A DNA stretch of 64,000 nucleotides from the NCBI GenBank assembly GCA_963710995.1, contig CAVQCU010000056.1, forward strand, positions 432 to 64,431, written 5' to 3'. The notes beneath the pieces are model-generated. The model saw only the letters and a program-made list of their open reading frames with translations. It searched no databases and was not told where the DNA came from. Shown here in pieces: positions 28,172-37,441 of the stretch. Numbering within the stretch: position 1 is the first letter of the stretch; each line of letters starts with the position of its first letter. The stretch is from an uncultured delta proteobacterium. GTDB lineage: Bacteria > Desulfobacterota > Syntrophia > Syntrophales > Smithellaceae. Both the position numbers and the translations under genes were made by a program.

Positions 28172-29074
28172 CTATGACTCATAACGGGGATTGTAGAAAG
28201 CTGTTTTCCACACGCCGTTTTCAACTAATATCCGGGAAGGCTCGCTTAAATTAACCGGCCTTTTATAAGCATCAATACTGTATTCGGGATCATGCGGTAA
28301 CTTGAGACTATTGCCTGTTAATTGCGGCAGAATGGGATAGATTATTTTTGTTTTAGCCGCGGAGAAAAGATCGTCAATATTTCTAAAGGCGGACAACTCT
28401 TCTATAGTTTTTAAAGTGGGAGGCATTAAGATAATTTCTTTCTGACGATGCATTTCCAACGCCTTTTGCGGCGTTACCCAGAGAGATTCCGTGAGTTCCA
28501 TTGCATCGGCTAAAGGCGTTTGGCCGGGCGGCAACTTGGCCAGAAAAAAGCGGGTGTTAAATCTCTTTTGTTCAAAATCCGGCGTAATCCAGTGGGAGTA
28601 AGGGATAAGAATGTCGGGGAATAAAAAAATATTTTCTTTTCGGGCAATTTCCTCCAGTGTAATTTGGGAAGAATTAAGCTCACGCCGGTAGTCATTGAAT
28701 CTTTTAAGAACTTTTTCGTCATGGAACGAAACAAAGTTTCCGGTAGTTTTGCCACCTAAAAGAATACCCGCCTCTTCGAAAGTTTCCCTGATGGCGGCGA
28801 TAAAAAATCCCAGCGCTTTTTCTCTGGGCAAGCTCCTATCCTGCAGTAACCGGCATGGATCAATGACATCCGCGGTCTTGATATAATTTTCGAGTTGTGG
28901 ATCGTTGTCGGTCTCTTCCAATTGACCGCCGGGAAACACATATGCCCCGGCCATGAAGGCCTGCTTTTGATGACGCCGCGCTAAAAATATTTCCCAGTCC
29001 CCCGATTTTGATGGCCGGATTAAAATCACGGTTGCCGCGTCTTTAAACATAATTTTATTTGCCGTTAAATTCAT
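28172..29074 (-). CDS. Nudix-family hydrolase
   Basis: Nudix box remnant GGQLE..x..IRETFEEAGILL in a 300-aa protein. Confidence 0.65.
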   Translation of the reverse strand: MNLTANKIMFKDAATVILIRPSKSGDWEIFLARRHQKQAFMAGAYVFPGGQLEETDNDPQLENYIKTADVIDPCRLLQDRSLPREKALGFFIAAIRETFEEAGILLGGKTTGNFVSFHDEKVLKRFNDYRRELNSSQITLEEIARKENIFLFPDILIPYSHWITPDFEQKRFNTRFFLAKLPPGQTPLADAMELTESLWVTPQKALEMHRQKEIILMPPTLKTIEELSAFRNIDDLFSAAKTKIIYPILPQLTGNSLKLPHDPEYSIDAYKRPVNLSEPSRILVENGVWKTAFYNPRYES

Positions 29075-29289
29075 AAGGTTTCAAAAGAAGTTTATATTCT
29101 TCTTTTGCTGCAGTTTCAACTTTTATATATGCAAAGAGGTTCAAGGCTTTTCTTAAAAATTCAAAAATTTATAACTATTGTTTGTAGATAAGAAAAATTT
29201 ATGTTACGCAAAAAGTCATGAGTACCTAACAATTCAAAAACATTATCGAAGCGATTTAACTACAGGAGTAAGTAAGTGGAGGTATTTCA

Positions 29290-29904
29290 ATGAGTGAAGT
29301 GAAAATTGTCAACGCCACAGGGCTGGCCTGTCCGCAGCCGGTTGTCTTGGCTAAACAGGCTTTGGAATCTCATGAACAGGTCAGAGTGATCGTCGATAAC
29401 GATACCGCCCTGGAAAATGTAAAACGCCTGGGAATGAAATCAGGATGCGATGTTAAAACTGAAAAGAAAAGCGACAGCACTTATGAAATCAATCTGACAC
29501 GGAAGGCGGGTGCAGTTAAGGTAAAAGAGGAGCTCAACCCATCGTGTGGCGCGACGTCTGCGCAGTCCGGTCCTTTCGTGATTGTCATTTCCGCGGACAA
29601 AATGGGCAGCGGTAATGATGAATTGGGTTATGTTCTGATCAGGTCATTTCTTCACACAATCGCCTTGCAGGCCGAAAAACCGGATATCATGATTTTCTAT
29701 AACACCGGCGTCAAGCTCGCTATACAGGAATCCGAAGTTCTGGATGATTTGAAAGAACTGGCCTCTGCCGGTGTGGAAATGCTCGTTTGCGGCACTTGCC
29801 TGAATTATTTTGAAGCAAAAGAAAAATTAAGCGTCGGTGTTGTTTCCAATATGTATGACATCGCGGGAATCATGAGCCGCGCGGGACGGTTACTTGTGCC
29901 ATGA
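29290..29904 (+). CDS. yedF: Sulfurtransferase-like selenium-metabolism protein YedF (TusA-like + DsrE-like domains)
   Basis: N-terminal TusA/SirA CP motif (ATGLACPQPVV) fused to a DsrE-like C-terminal half ending in ..CGTCLNYF.. This is the ~200-aa YedF architecture. Confidence 0.75.
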   Translation: MSEVKIVNATGLACPQPVVLAKQALESHEQVRVIVDNDTALENVKRLGMKSGCDVKTEKKSDSTYEINLTRKAGAVKVKEELNPSCGATSAQSGPFVIVISADKMGSGNDELGYVLIRSFLHTIALQAEKPDIMIFYNTGVKLAIQESEVLDDLKELASAGVEMLVCGTCLNYFEAKEKLSVGVVSNMYDIAGIMSRAGRLLVP

Positions 29905-30134
29905 AAGAACAGCCCCGATATTTTGTAATGCTGTTTAAAGCGGTGAGTTATGTTCTGAAGGCGGAAAAAATTCTCAAAAAGAAAGGCCTGCCGCATAAAC
30001 TGATTCCCGTGCCTAAACACATCAGTGCGGATTGCGGGATATGCCTGCGCTTTGAACCGCCAATCCAAAGTAAAATTGAAGCCGCTATTTTGAATAAAGT
30101 GGAAATAGAAGAAATCAGGGAGTTAGCAGATTAA
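29901..30134 (+). CDS. DUF3343-family small protein (usual YedF partner)
   Basis: 77-aa ORF whose start overlaps the yedF stop codon by 4 nt. The pattern ..F..A..AEK.LKK.G...LIP.P..IS.DCG.. is typical of DUF3343. Confidence 0.65.
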   Translation: MKEQPRYFVMLFKAVSYVLKAEKILKKKGLPHKLIPVPKHISADCGICLRFEPPIQSKIEAAILNKVEIEEIRELAD

Positions 30135-30158
30135 TTTAGTTTATAAATATAAAGGTTT

Positions 30159-30253
30159 GACCGGGCGAGTCGGCTGGCGCCGGCCGCGGGCCTCAACCCC
30201 GTCGGGCCAACAATAAAATGTTGTGCTGATCAGTTCGATTCTGAGCCCGGCCT
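30159..30253 (+). tRNA. selC: tRNA-Sec-like gene (selC candidate), anticodon UCA
   Basis: Hand-folded. 8-bp acceptor (GACCGGGC/GCCCGGCC, one A-C mismatch). 6-bp D-stem GTCGGC/GCCGGC with 4-nt loop. Anticodon arm GCGGG-CCTCAAC-CCCGT. ~26-nt variable arm with CAACA/TGTTG stem. T-loop TTCGATT. Atypical C at position 33. Confidence 0.5.
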
Positions 30254-30282
30254 TATTGTGAAACTCCAATTTAATGAGACTC

Positions 30283-30395
30283 GCTGAAAACGAATGAAGT
30301 GAAGTTTGAAGCGTTAGCCGAATTATCCCACGTGCGAAGCTAAGTGAGACTATATATGATACGCAACCGCTTGCTTTGGAGTTCATCCACGTGAT
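30283..30395 (+). repeat. R2 hairpin repeat plus the right arm of the 75-nt inverted pair
   Basis: TAATGAGACTCGCTGAAAAC..GTTTGAAGCGTTAGCCGAATTATCC is followed by CACGTGCGAAGCTAAGTGAGACTATATATGATACGCAACCGCTTGCTTTGGAGTTCATCCACGTGAT. Confidence 0.7.
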
Positions 30396-30451
30396 TTTTA
30401 ACTCAATTGGTTTTCTTCTCTGTACCGGAAGGATAAGAGAGCTTTGAACAA

Positions 30452-31863
30452 CGAGACACTTTGGTAGAGGTAATATTTTTGATCAATTTATTAATTCTTT
30501 TTGTATTCACAGCACCATTTTCATCGATTAAGTGCTGTCACTTATGTTTATGAAGAGTTCATTTTACCCCCATATGCAACCTCATTCGTCCCGGATTACT
30601 GGTTTTCCCGTGTATTGGATGTACGCCTTCCTATGTTACGCCGTTTTTAATATTCTGGAAGCCCGGGAAAGATTGAACGCCATCTGCCGGAAGAGAGCAT
30701 CAAGCGCATTTTTAATCAACTTCGGGAACCTTGCCCGATATGCCTTGTTGTATAAATGGCTTAATCCGAAATACTGTTCAACGATATACCGTACTTTAGA
30801 AATAGCTTTGTTACGCTCTTTTTCATATTCCGTAAGTTCGGCGCCTGTTGTCGCTTTACGCATAATGCCGTCTTCAATACTGTTCATGGAGAGAAACTCT
30901 CGATTCGGCTTTCCAAAATACCCTTTATCCGCATAAACTTTTTTAATAGGTTCTTTCGTGTGACAACTACCGGCAACGCAAAGAGGAAGATAAGGACTAT
31001 CATGATGAGAAGCAGGAGTCATCTCCGTGGACAGAACAAAACCATGTTTAACATCCACGGAAGCATGTTCCTTAATTCCGTAATGGGCGACATCATTTTT
31101 GACTGTCCAGTCCGATTCCAGATCGCGGGAGAATTTAAGCGCGTTGCCGTTCTTATCAACTTTTCCTTGAGGCGTTTTACTCTTTGCTTTTTCTTTTTGA
31201 AGTATTTCATTGCTGAGTGGATGGGAAGCAGATTGCACCAGACGGGCATCAATGGCTATGCCCTCGTTGATTGTCAAGCCCTTGGCGGCAAATTGTAAAA
31301 GGAGTTCATGGTTGATCATGCGCATAGTATCTATAGAAAATCGGCCCCTGAACCTGGAGAATGTAGAATGATCGGGAGATGTATCGTCAAGGGAAAGTCC
31401 CAGGAACGTTTTGAAAGAAGTCCTGTCGTTGATTTGAGTTTCCAGTTCCGGGTCGGAATCGATCTTGAACCATTGCTGAAGAAGAAGGCACTTCATAAGG
31501 ATAAGAGGTGGATAGGCGTCGTTTCCTTCAAAGCTTTTACCGACGGGATATTTTCTCATGAGGAGGCTTTCAATTCTGGACCAGTCGACAGTGGCGTTGA
31601 TCTGTTCCATTCTTTTAATAGCCCGGTTCTTTTCCATGGAAGCAAAGAGCGATATATCGGTGAAGGTGAAGTTGGTTTTCATTTTTTTGAAGCTCATAGT
31701 TCCTCCAAGAAGTTTTATTTGAAGGAATTATGCCTGAAACGCAACTGTTTGTCAAGATATTTATACAATAATATCAATATATTAGCTTTGAATAACTGCT
31801 TTTTAACCGGAGAATTATTAGGAGAATATAATTGAAAACTATCGCTAGTTGTGCAAAGGTCTC
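30452..31863 (-). mobile_element. IS5-family insertion sequence (boundaries approximate)
   Basis: Single DDE transposase ORF. Imperfect terminal similarity between CGAGACACTTTGG..ATATTTTTGATCAATT (left) and the reverse complement of ..AATTGAAAACTATCG..CAAAGGTCTCG (right). Confidence 0.5.
30636..31697 (-). CDS. IS5-family DDE transposase
   Basis: N-terminal DUF772-like region (..RMEQINATVDWSRIESLL..PPLILMKCLLLQQWF..SD) and a DDE_Tnp_1 C-terminal part (..YADKGY..). Confidence 0.85.
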   Translation of the reverse strand: MSFKKMKTNFTFTDISLFASMEKNRAIKRMEQINATVDWSRIESLLMRKYPVGKSFEGNDAYPPLILMKCLLLQQWFKIDSDPELETQINDRTSFKTFLGLSLDDTSPDHSTFSRFRGRFSIDTMRMINHELLLQFAAKGLTINEGIAIDARLVQSASHPLSNEILQKEKAKSKTPQGKVDKNGNALKFSRDLESDWTVKNDVAHYGIKEHASVDVKHGFVLSTEMTPASHHDSPYLPLCVAGSCHTKEPIKKVYADKGYFGKPNREFLSMNSIEDGIMRKATTGAELTEYEKERNKAISKVRYIVEQYFGLSHLYNKAYRARFPKLIKNALDALFRQMAFNLSRASRILKTA

Positions 31864-31900
31864 GATAATCTGATGGGCGCACGAGTCAAGTATTTGCTTC

Positions 31901-32001
31901 TTCCTGTAAGAGAGCGTCTCTGTTTTTTTCATTTATGCGATATTTCAACAGGCAATGATTACTTAAAAACAATTGACATACAAACGGAACTTTTCTATAT
32001 T
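31901..32001 (-). repeat. Cassette-boundary module, inverted degenerate copy L with intact promoter part
   Basis: Plus strand reads CTTCCTGTAAG..TTTCAACAGGCAATGATTAC..TTGACATACAA..TATATT, immediately next to the IS5 end. Confidence 0.5.
31973..32001 (+). promoter_or_regulatory. Module-type sigma70 promoter reading toward the pilT-like gene
   Basis: TTGACA-17 nt-TATATT with the family-specific TTGACATACAA extension. Confidence 0.5.
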
Positions 32002-32258
32002 TTCCCTGCAAGAAAACAATGCCTTATCAAATACGGCAAAATGATCTCCACACTGACATTGTAGGCAAAATTTGCGCAATGTTTTTATAGAGAAACGTCC
32101 GTCCAAGCGAAAAGGGGAAAATGACATGACCACGCTTCCTTTCAGCATAATGTCCAATTATTTGCGATGATGCTAATATTTGTTGCTTTTTTCAGGCTGG
32201 AAGTATATTTTTTCCTTCCAGGGAGTTCCCTCCGGAAGGAGCCGGAGGCTCCCTGCAA

Positions 32259-32400
32259 TAATGAGACCCAAGCTTCAGAAACAAAGTGCATAAACTGAAG
32301 ATCACACGCTGAAGCTTGAAGGTCGAATTATCCAGCGAAGCAGAGGATAACACGACCTTCCGCGAGTTACGGAACATTCCCAAGCCGCGGGATTAATAAT
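32259..32400 (+). repeat. R2 hairpin repeat copy (extended)
   Basis: Contains TAATGAGACCCAAGCTTCAG..CTGAAGCTTGAAGGTCGAATTATCC plus a further ~70 nt related to other copies. Confidence 0.6.
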
Positions 32401-32416
32401 CGAATAAAGGGGGGGT

Positions 32417-33636
32417 ATGGGGGGTATGAAACGGTTTGAAAGTATTATCGATACCGCAATCAAAGAGAGTATATCGGATATCCATATCACCGGCGAACAT
32501 CTCGTTGTGTCAAGGAAACAGGGTGATATTCAATTTCACGGTTCCCTGAAGTGGACCCATCAGGAAGTCGATGATCTGACCAAAAAGCTTCTGACACCCC
32601 TGCAACTGGAAATACTGCGGCAAAAAAAATCTGTTGATGTTTCCATTTCCACCAGCAATGCCCGTCTCCGGGTCAACGTTTTCACCACGGTTCGTGGAAT
32701 AAGTATAGCGGTTCGGATTCTTCCTGGTCATATACCGACAATCGAGGAGCTCAATCTTCACCCCTCACTCCATGATATTTCCAAGATCAAGTTTGGCCTG
32801 GTTCTCATCTGCGGCGGCACAGGGGAAGGTAAGACAACGACATCAACAAATCTCGTCAGGCACATATTGTCACGATTGAAGACCCAGTCGAGTACCGCTT
32901 TCAATCGAGAAAATCATTCATCGAGCAGCGTGAACTCGGCCCCCATACGCCTTCTTTTAAACAGGGGCTCATCGATGTGCTGCGCGAAGATGCCGATGTT
33001 ATCGTTGTAGGCGAACTGCGCGAAGGAGAAACTATGCAGCTCGCTCTCAATGCCGCGGAGTCGGGACACTTGGTCATTGCCACGATGAATGCATCTAATC
33101 CGGAAGAGGCCATCTACCGCATGTGCAATGCCGTTCCCATAGAGGCCCAAAACGAAGTGCGCAACCAGATAGCGTCCACGCTGGCCTGGATCACTGTTCA
33201 GCAACTGGTGCACCTGGAAAAAGCCGGACAACGCGTCCCCATTCTGACCATTGTTCACGGCACCCAAGCCATCAAGAACATTATTCGCGAAAACAAAATT
33301 AACCAGATCAACAACGCTATAGATACTTCTAAAAACGAGGGTATGTTCCTGTCCGAACGTTATTTGACACACTATCTGAATACCCGCTCCGACTTCACCC
33401 CCTATGGCAAAATCTTTCGCCCATCGGCAGAATTGTCGCCGGATAATTTTTATCAGTCGCAGTTGACTGACGAACCACAGGTGAAGCATGAGGCACAACG
33501 CGAAAGGAGAAAGGCATCATGGCCAATCGTCAGCTTATCCGAACCCAGCGACGAAAATGTCAATAACATACTGGATATCAATGATAATATATCGCTACAT
33601 AAAATTGTCGAAAAGTTGAATAAGAATAGCGAGTAA
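32417..33636 (+). pseudogene. PilT/PilU-like type IV pilus retraction ATPase, disrupted just after the Walker A motif
   Basis: Frame 1 gives ..GGTGEGKTTT. The homologous continuation INKSRQAHIVTIEDPVEYRF..LREDADVIVVGELRE..GHLVIATMNAS is in another frame, open from 32833. About 6-8 residues normally between these motifs are missing. Confidence 0.7.
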
Positions 33637-33790
33637 AATCTTCCGTCGCTTTTTTTCCTAAAGCTATCAAATGTTTCTGCCCTTATTACTCAAATTGCTA
33701 CTGAGGGTGGTCTGCAAACAAGGTGTAAGCAGGATTTGCTTCTTACTGTAAACAGCAAATTTGAGCAGTACGAATAATAAATTTCAATCA

Positions 33791-34969
33791 ATGAGAAAAA
33801 ACAAAAAAAGGAACAGAAACATTCTCTATTTCGACAATGCTGCCACATCGTGGCCGAAGCCGGAAGCAACAGTCCGCGCAGTTGATTCATGCCTGCGGGA
33901 AACGGGCGGCAGCCCCGGGCGTTCGGGACACAGCCTGTCTATCGATGCAGGCCGCGTCATCTTCAACGCCCGTGAGGCTTTGGCCGGACTCTTGGGCATT
34001 GATGACCCTCTGCGGATCGTCCTGACGAAGAATGCCACGGAGGCCTTGAACATTGCCGTCTTTGGTCTTTTGAAATCCGGCGACCATGTGATCACCTCGT
34101 CCATGGAGCACAACTCCGTCATGCGGCCACTGCGGGCTATGGAGGCAAGCGGCGTTGAACTGACGGTTATTCCCTGTTCTGCCACGGGAGAACTCGATCC
34201 AGGCGCTGTTGTACCGGCCATCAAGAAAAATACGAAGGCCATTTTCCTAATCCACGCCTCCAATGTCACGGGGACGATCATTTCCGTGGCCGATATTGGC
34301 AGAATCGCCCGAGAGCACGGCCTTGTCTTCTGTGTAGATGCTGCCCAAACGGCGGGGGCGCTTCCTATTGATATCGGAGCAATGGATATCGACCTGCTGG
34401 CCTTTACAGGACACAAATCCTTATTCGGTCCTCAAGGGACGGGAGGACTGTATATCCGCAAGGATCTTGAGCAGGTTATCTCTTCCCTGATGAGAGGCGG
34501 CACGGGCAGCCGTTCGGAGTACGAGGAACAGCCCAATTTCATGCCGGATAAATTTGAATCGGGAACACCGAATACGTCCGGTTATGCCGGGTTGACGGCT
34601 GGCATCGACTTTATCCTGTCCCAGGGATTAAACACTATCAGAGCTCATGAAAAAAATCTGACAGGACTTTTTTTACAGGGTATCGGAGTTGTTGACGGCG
34701 TCACGATTTACGGCCTTAAGGACGCATCCAGGCGGATAGCTGTTGTCTCCTTCAACATCCGGGGCATAGATCCGGCAAAAGCAGCGCTGGAACTGGATGA
34801 ACGGTTCGGCATTATGTCCCGGTCCGGCATCCACTGTGCACCGTCCGCTCATAAAACCATCGGCACATTCCCGGTAGGTACCGTGCGCTTCAGTTTCAGT
34901 TACTTCAATACGGTCGAGGAAATCAATCAGGCCGTGGACGCTGTCTGGTCTCTGGCAAATCAAAAATGA
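33791..34969 (+). CDS. Class V aminotransferase-fold cysteine desulfurase / selenocysteine lyase family protein
   Basis: YFDNAATSWPKP start region, and FTGHKSLFGPQGTGGL, which fits the PLP-Lys motif. ~392 aa. Confidence 0.8.
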   Translation: MRKNKKRNRNILYFDNAATSWPKPEATVRAVDSCLRETGGSPGRSGHSLSIDAGRVIFNAREALAGLLGIDDPLRIVLTKNATEALNIAVFGLLKSGDHVITSSMEHNSVMRPLRAMEASGVELTVIPCSATGELDPGAVVPAIKKNTKAIFLIHASNVTGTIISVADIGRIAREHGLVFCVDAAQTAGALPIDIGAMDIDLLAFTGHKSLFGPQGTGGLYIRKDLEQVISSLMRGGTGSRSEYEEQPNFMPDKFESGTPNTSGYAGLTAGIDFILSQGLNTIRAHEKNLTGLFLQGIGVVDGVTIYGLKDASRRIAVVSFNIRGIDPAKAALELDERFGIMSRSGIHCAPSAHKTIGTFPVGTVRFSFSYFNTVEEINQAVDAVWSLANQK

Positions 34970-35021
34970 TATGCCGGAGGTAAACCACATGTAGATAGCA
35001 TCTGGTGGCGCCAATATTTCC

Positions 35022-35051
35022 TTGACATACGAGCGCTTTCTTCAATATAGT
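35022..35051 (+). promoter_or_regulatory. Sigma70-type promoter with the TTGACATAC extension, upstream of the kinase/NtrC operon
   Basis: TTGACA-18 nt-TATAGT. The predicted start site falls at the first base of the R3 repeat. Confidence 0.5.
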
Positions 35052-35057
35052 TAACTC

Positions 35058-35180
35058 ATACCATTTCGCTTTCTTTGGCTAACTTTGTTGGCTGCGTCGT
35101 CGGCTTCCTCAACGTATGTAAAATACGCCTCGTCGCCTCCTTCTTGCCGCTGCGTTATCCTTTGAAATCGAAATGGTATA
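35058..35180 (+). repeat. R3 repeat, copy b
   Basis: ATACCATTTCG..CGAAATGGTAT inverted ends flank TTGTTGGCTGCGTCGTCGGCTTCCTCAACG..AAAATACGCCTCGTCGCCTCC. Confidence 0.6.
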
Positions 35181-35296
35181 AAAAAATTTCTTATGTAAGA
35201 TTATTTTCCCCGCAGGAACCGGCTCTTTCGGAGTTACAGGTTTTTTTATAAAATTGTCCAGGCAAGATTACATTTAACTCTTTCGGGTAAAAGAAT

Positions 35297-37441
35297 ATGA
35301 AAGATAAAAATATCCAACACAAAGATAAAAAGAAAAAACCCAAGTACAGCGAAAATATATGGGTGCGGGAAGTTTTCAGTAACGGCCAGCAATCCCTGCA
35401 AAGCATTATTGGAAGCTCTCCCATTCCCGCGTTTATAATAGGGAAGGACCATCTGATTATCTACTGGAATAAAGCTCTGGAAGAACTCAGCGGAATCAAG
35501 TCCGAAGAGGTGGTAGGCACCGGACAGCAATGGCGGGCATTTTATAAAAGCGAAAGGCCCTCCATTGCCGATTTGCTTGTCGATGGATTTCAAAAAGAGA
35601 TACCCCATTGGTATGCCGGTAAATTCATTAAATCAAAATTGATTGCCGGCGCCTATGAGGCTACCGATTTCTTTCCTGAACTTGGGAAAAAGGGACGATG
35701 GCTGCGCTTTACCGCCGCCGTTATCCGAAACTCCAAAGGGGCCGTTGTTGGAGCAGTAGAAACACTTGAAGATATAACTCAGGCAAAAAGGGCGGAAGAG
35801 GCGTTATTGAAAGCTCATGAAGAGCTGGAAATTAAAGTAAGAGAACGCACGCATAAATTGGCGAAAACCAACAAAGCCCTGAAAGAAACTACAGATCATT
35901 TGTCCCTTATCCTCGAGTTCCTTCCCATTGTTTCCTATACCTGTAACGCCGATGAAAATTTAACAATCACTTTTGTCAGCAACCGCATCAAAGAAATTAC
36001 CGGATACACCCCCGCCCAATTCACGGAAGATCCGGCCTTTTGGCAGGAGCACATCCATCCTGACGAACAAAAAGAGATACTCAAAGAGTTGAAATCGGCC
36101 ACGCACAAAGGAACTTACCAGTTCGAGTATCGTTTTCAGGCGGCCGACGGTTCTTATCGCTGGTTTTCCGATCATCGCCACCTGATCAGGCCGGGCAATC
36201 GTTCCCGAAGATATATGGTCGGCGCCTGGCAGGATATAACTGAAGACAGGAGAGTTCGTCAGGAGGGGGAATTCCGTATGCAGCAGATGATCCAATCCCA
36301 CAAATTAAAAGCACTGGGTGAAGTTGTCACGGGAGTCGCCCACGAAATAAACAATCCGGTTAGTTTTATTGCCAACAACATTCCTCTTTTGGAGGAAATG
36401 TGGACTGCCGTAGAACCGATTCTGGCCAGCGACGGAGCGTCTCATCCGGATTGGGGTGATAAGGGTATCGGTTATGTGGAAGTCTGCACAAATATGAAAG
36501 AAATTATTGAAGAGTTCAAAATAGCTTCCCAACGCATCAAACGAGTCATTACGGGACTAAAAGAATTTGCCCGGGTTGATGAAACAGTACAAAAGAAACC
36601 GATTCAAATTGAGGAAGTCATTCAGGGAGTTTTAATTATTGTAGGCGCTCAGGTTCGCAAAACTGTCTCCCGCATCGACCTTTATATAGACAGCTGTTTG
36701 CCCACCATTCAGGGACATTTTCAAAAAATCGAGCAGGTAATTGCCAATCTGCTGATTAACGCGCATCAATCCATTACGCCCGATAGAAAAGGAAGAATAA
36801 TCATCACCGCCAGAAATATTGAAAGATTGAACTCCCTTCTGATCGAAATTGAAGATAACGGCATCGGTATGAAAAAAGAAGTGCTGGATCATATTTTTGA
36901 GCCTTTCTTTACGACTCGCCGGGATCGGGAAGGAACGGGCTTGGGGCTTTCCATCTCTTATGGATTAATCAAAGAGCATCGGGGAATAATAGGAGTTACT
37001 TCCCGTCCCGATATTGGCAGTCGGTTTTCCATCTACCTTCCTTTAGACGCTAAAAAACAAATAAGTATTCATCCAGCCATACTTTGCTGTGATAGCGATG
37101 CCTCTTATCTCAATGAAATTAAAATGAGTTTTGTTGATGTTATTGATTGGTGCTGCGGTTCTAATGATACCTCCGAAGATGTCACTGCCTATCTTGAGGC
37201 GCATCCGGAGGTGGATATTTTTATTTCGGAAATCAAACTGCCGGCAATGAACGGATGGGAACTCACGAAGAAAATCAAAGAACGTTTTCCTCTTCTGCCC
37301 GTAATTCTTTACTCATCCGACCCCATGTCCGGGAAACAAGAAGGAAGGATGGCCGGCAAATCGGATTATCTTCTAAAAAAACCTTTTAGTATGTTACAAT
37401 TGCAAAACATAATTAGTGAAATAGGAAGACAGAGATTATGA
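35297..37441 (+). CDS. Hybrid sensor histidine kinase (2 PAS + HisKA + HATPase + receiver)
   Basis: The first PAS is the same subtype as in 48628-50022. H-box VTGVAHEINNP, G-boxes DNGIGM/GTGLGLS, and a C-terminal REC-like domain. Confidence 0.85.
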   Translation: MKDKNIQHKDKKKKPKYSENIWVREVFSNGQQSLQSIIGSSPIPAFIIGKDHLIIYWNKALEELSGIKSEEVVGTGQQWRAFYKSERPSIADLLVDGFQKEIPHWYAGKFIKSKLIAGAYEATDFFPELGKKGRWLRFTAAVIRNSKGAVVGAVETLEDITQAKRAEEALLKAHEELEIKVRERTHKLAKTNKALKETTDHLSLILEFLPIVSYTCNADENLTITFVSNRIKEITGYTPAQFTEDPAFWQEHIHPDEQKEILKELKSATHKGTYQFEYRFQAADGSYRWFSDHRHLIRPGNRSRRYMVGAWQDITEDRRVRQEGEFRMQQMIQSHKLKALGEVVTGVAHEINNPVSFIANNIPLLEEMWTAVEPILASDGASHPDWGDKGIGYVEVCTNMKEIIEEFKIASQRIKRVITGLKEFARVDETVQKKPIQIEEVIQGVLIIVGAQVRKTVSRIDLYIDSCLPTIQGHFQKIEQVIANLLINAHQSITPDRKGRIIITARNIERLNSLLIEIEDNGIGMKKEVLDHIFEPFFTTRRDREGTGLGLSISYGLIKEHRGIIGVTSRPDIGSRFSIYLPLDAKKQISIHPAILCCDSDASYLNEIKMSFVDVIDWCCGSNDTSEDVTAYLEAHPEVDIFISEIKLPAMNGWELTKKIKERFPLLPVILYSSDPMSGKQEGRMAGKSDYLLKKPFSMLQLQNIISEIGRQRL

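Noticed and set aside
30141-30386. 81-aa minus-strand ORF between DUF3343 and the IS5 element.
   Set aside because: It overlaps the tRNA-Sec-like structure and the R2/75-nt repeats on the opposite strand and has no RBS. It is most likely a shadow ORF.
26298-30395. The 75-nt inverted pair as a diversity-generating retroelement template/variable repeat.
   Set aside because: The mismatches are not adenine-specific. No reverse transcriptase lies nearby, and neither arm lies in a coding region.
35058-35180. The R3 element as a 6S RNA or riboswitch leader.
   Set aside because: It is too short, and there is no central bubble or closing-stem pattern that I can draw for 6S. The second copy has the opposite orientation relative to its neighbouring gene, which argues against a cis-regulatory leader. 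I keep it only as a repeat.
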